This document shows, one piece after another, positions 51,544 through 51,655 of a stretch of 51,655 nucleotides of DNA. A program made the position numbers and the translations under genes. The stretch comes from Minisyncoccota bacterium (GTDB lineage Bacteria; Patescibacteriota; Minisyncoccia; Phycocordibacterales; CAIZLB01), in the NCBI GenBank assembly GCA_036405975.1, contig DASWWM010000027.1:1-51655 (forward strand), read 5' to 3'. The notes under the pieces are model-generated. The model was not told where the DNA came from and did not search any database. It saw only the letters and a program-made list of their open reading frames with translations. Each line of letters starts with the position of its first letter. Positions within the stretch are counted from its first letter, which is position 1.

Positions 51544-51655
51544 ATGCTTATTCCAACAGTTATCGAAAAATCACAGCACGGAGAAAGAGCGTACGATATC
51601 TACTCTAGGCTGCTCCGGGACAATATCATCTTCCTCGGCGGCGAGATCGATGACA
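51544..51655 (+). CDS. clpP: ATP-dependent Clp protease proteolytic subunit, N-terminal fragment (runs off window end)
   Basis: Own translation gives [37 protein letters not shown], the canonical ClpP N-terminus. Confidence 0.9.
   Translation, partial: MLIPTVIEKSQHGERAYDIYSRLLRDNIIFLGGEIDD

Noticed and set aside
1-51655. Scanned for CRISPR arrays, rRNA/tRNA genes, IS/transposase/integrase genes, long direct repeats, and restriction-modification or known defence-system signatures.
   Set aside because: I saw no spaced direct repeats, no tRNA cloverleaf candidates, no DDE or tyrosine-recombinase motifs, and no nuclease/helicase/methylase clusters by eye. A computational scan (tRNAscan-SE, Infernal, minced, DefenseFinder/PADLOC) is still needed to confirm this.

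Overview
Gene-dense 51.7 kb window, mostly on the minus strand. GC is roughly 50-55% by eye; I did not compute it. The content looks like a reduced Candidate Phyla Radiation (CPR) / Patescibacteria-type genome: rpsE is followed directly by rplO with no L30 gene, many proteins carry basic low-complexity tails, and type IV pilus and ComEC DNA-uptake genes are present. This assignment is an inference, not a search result.

The backbone is the str-S10-spc ribosomal supercluster: rpsL-rpsG / fusA / tuf-rpsJ-rplC-rplD-rplW-rplB / rpsS-rplV-rpsC-rplP-rpmC-rpsQ-rplN-rplX-rplE-rpsN-rpsH-rplF-rplR-rpsE-rplO-secY / adk-map. It is cut at four normally conserved junctions by accessory inserts that carry their own promoters and terminators.

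Other content:
- a 956-aa VirD4/TraG-like ATPase followed by ndk
- an ECF sigma / anti-sigma pair
- an Mpl-type murein peptide ligase
- a sugar nucleotidyltransferase
- an M50 protease, rpmB and a DUF1653 protein
- a split ComEC, with the metallo-beta-lactamase (MBL) domain as a separate gene and a SOD gene between the two parts
- a recJ-rnhA-comEC co-oriented string
- HIT, tpiA and pgk
- a type IV pilus operon: pilB, pilC, three minor prepilins and a 606-aa PilX-like beta-helix protein
- nusA-ppa-tig, rsmE and the start of clpP

I found no rRNA, tRNA, CRISPR array, transposase or integrase.

Most notable observations:
1. Two compact cassettes sit inside the ribosomal supercluster, at 16.6-17.2 kb and 21.3-22.8 kb. 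Each has consensus-like promoters and Shine-Dalgarno (SD)-led short ORFs, in a genome whose native genes show no SD.
2. At least 11 operon-first genes have a -10 box 6-9 nt upstream of the ATG, which suggests leaderless mRNAs. Internal operon genes have AT-rich TTAAT-like spacers instead.
3. The RNase HI carries its hybrid-binding domain at the C-terminus.
4. The trigger factor has its PPIase domain replaced by an 18-aa His/Asp linker.
5. The pilus operon ends in a PilX-like N-terminus fused to a large beta-helix domain.

All functional calls come from reading motifs by eye. No database search was run.
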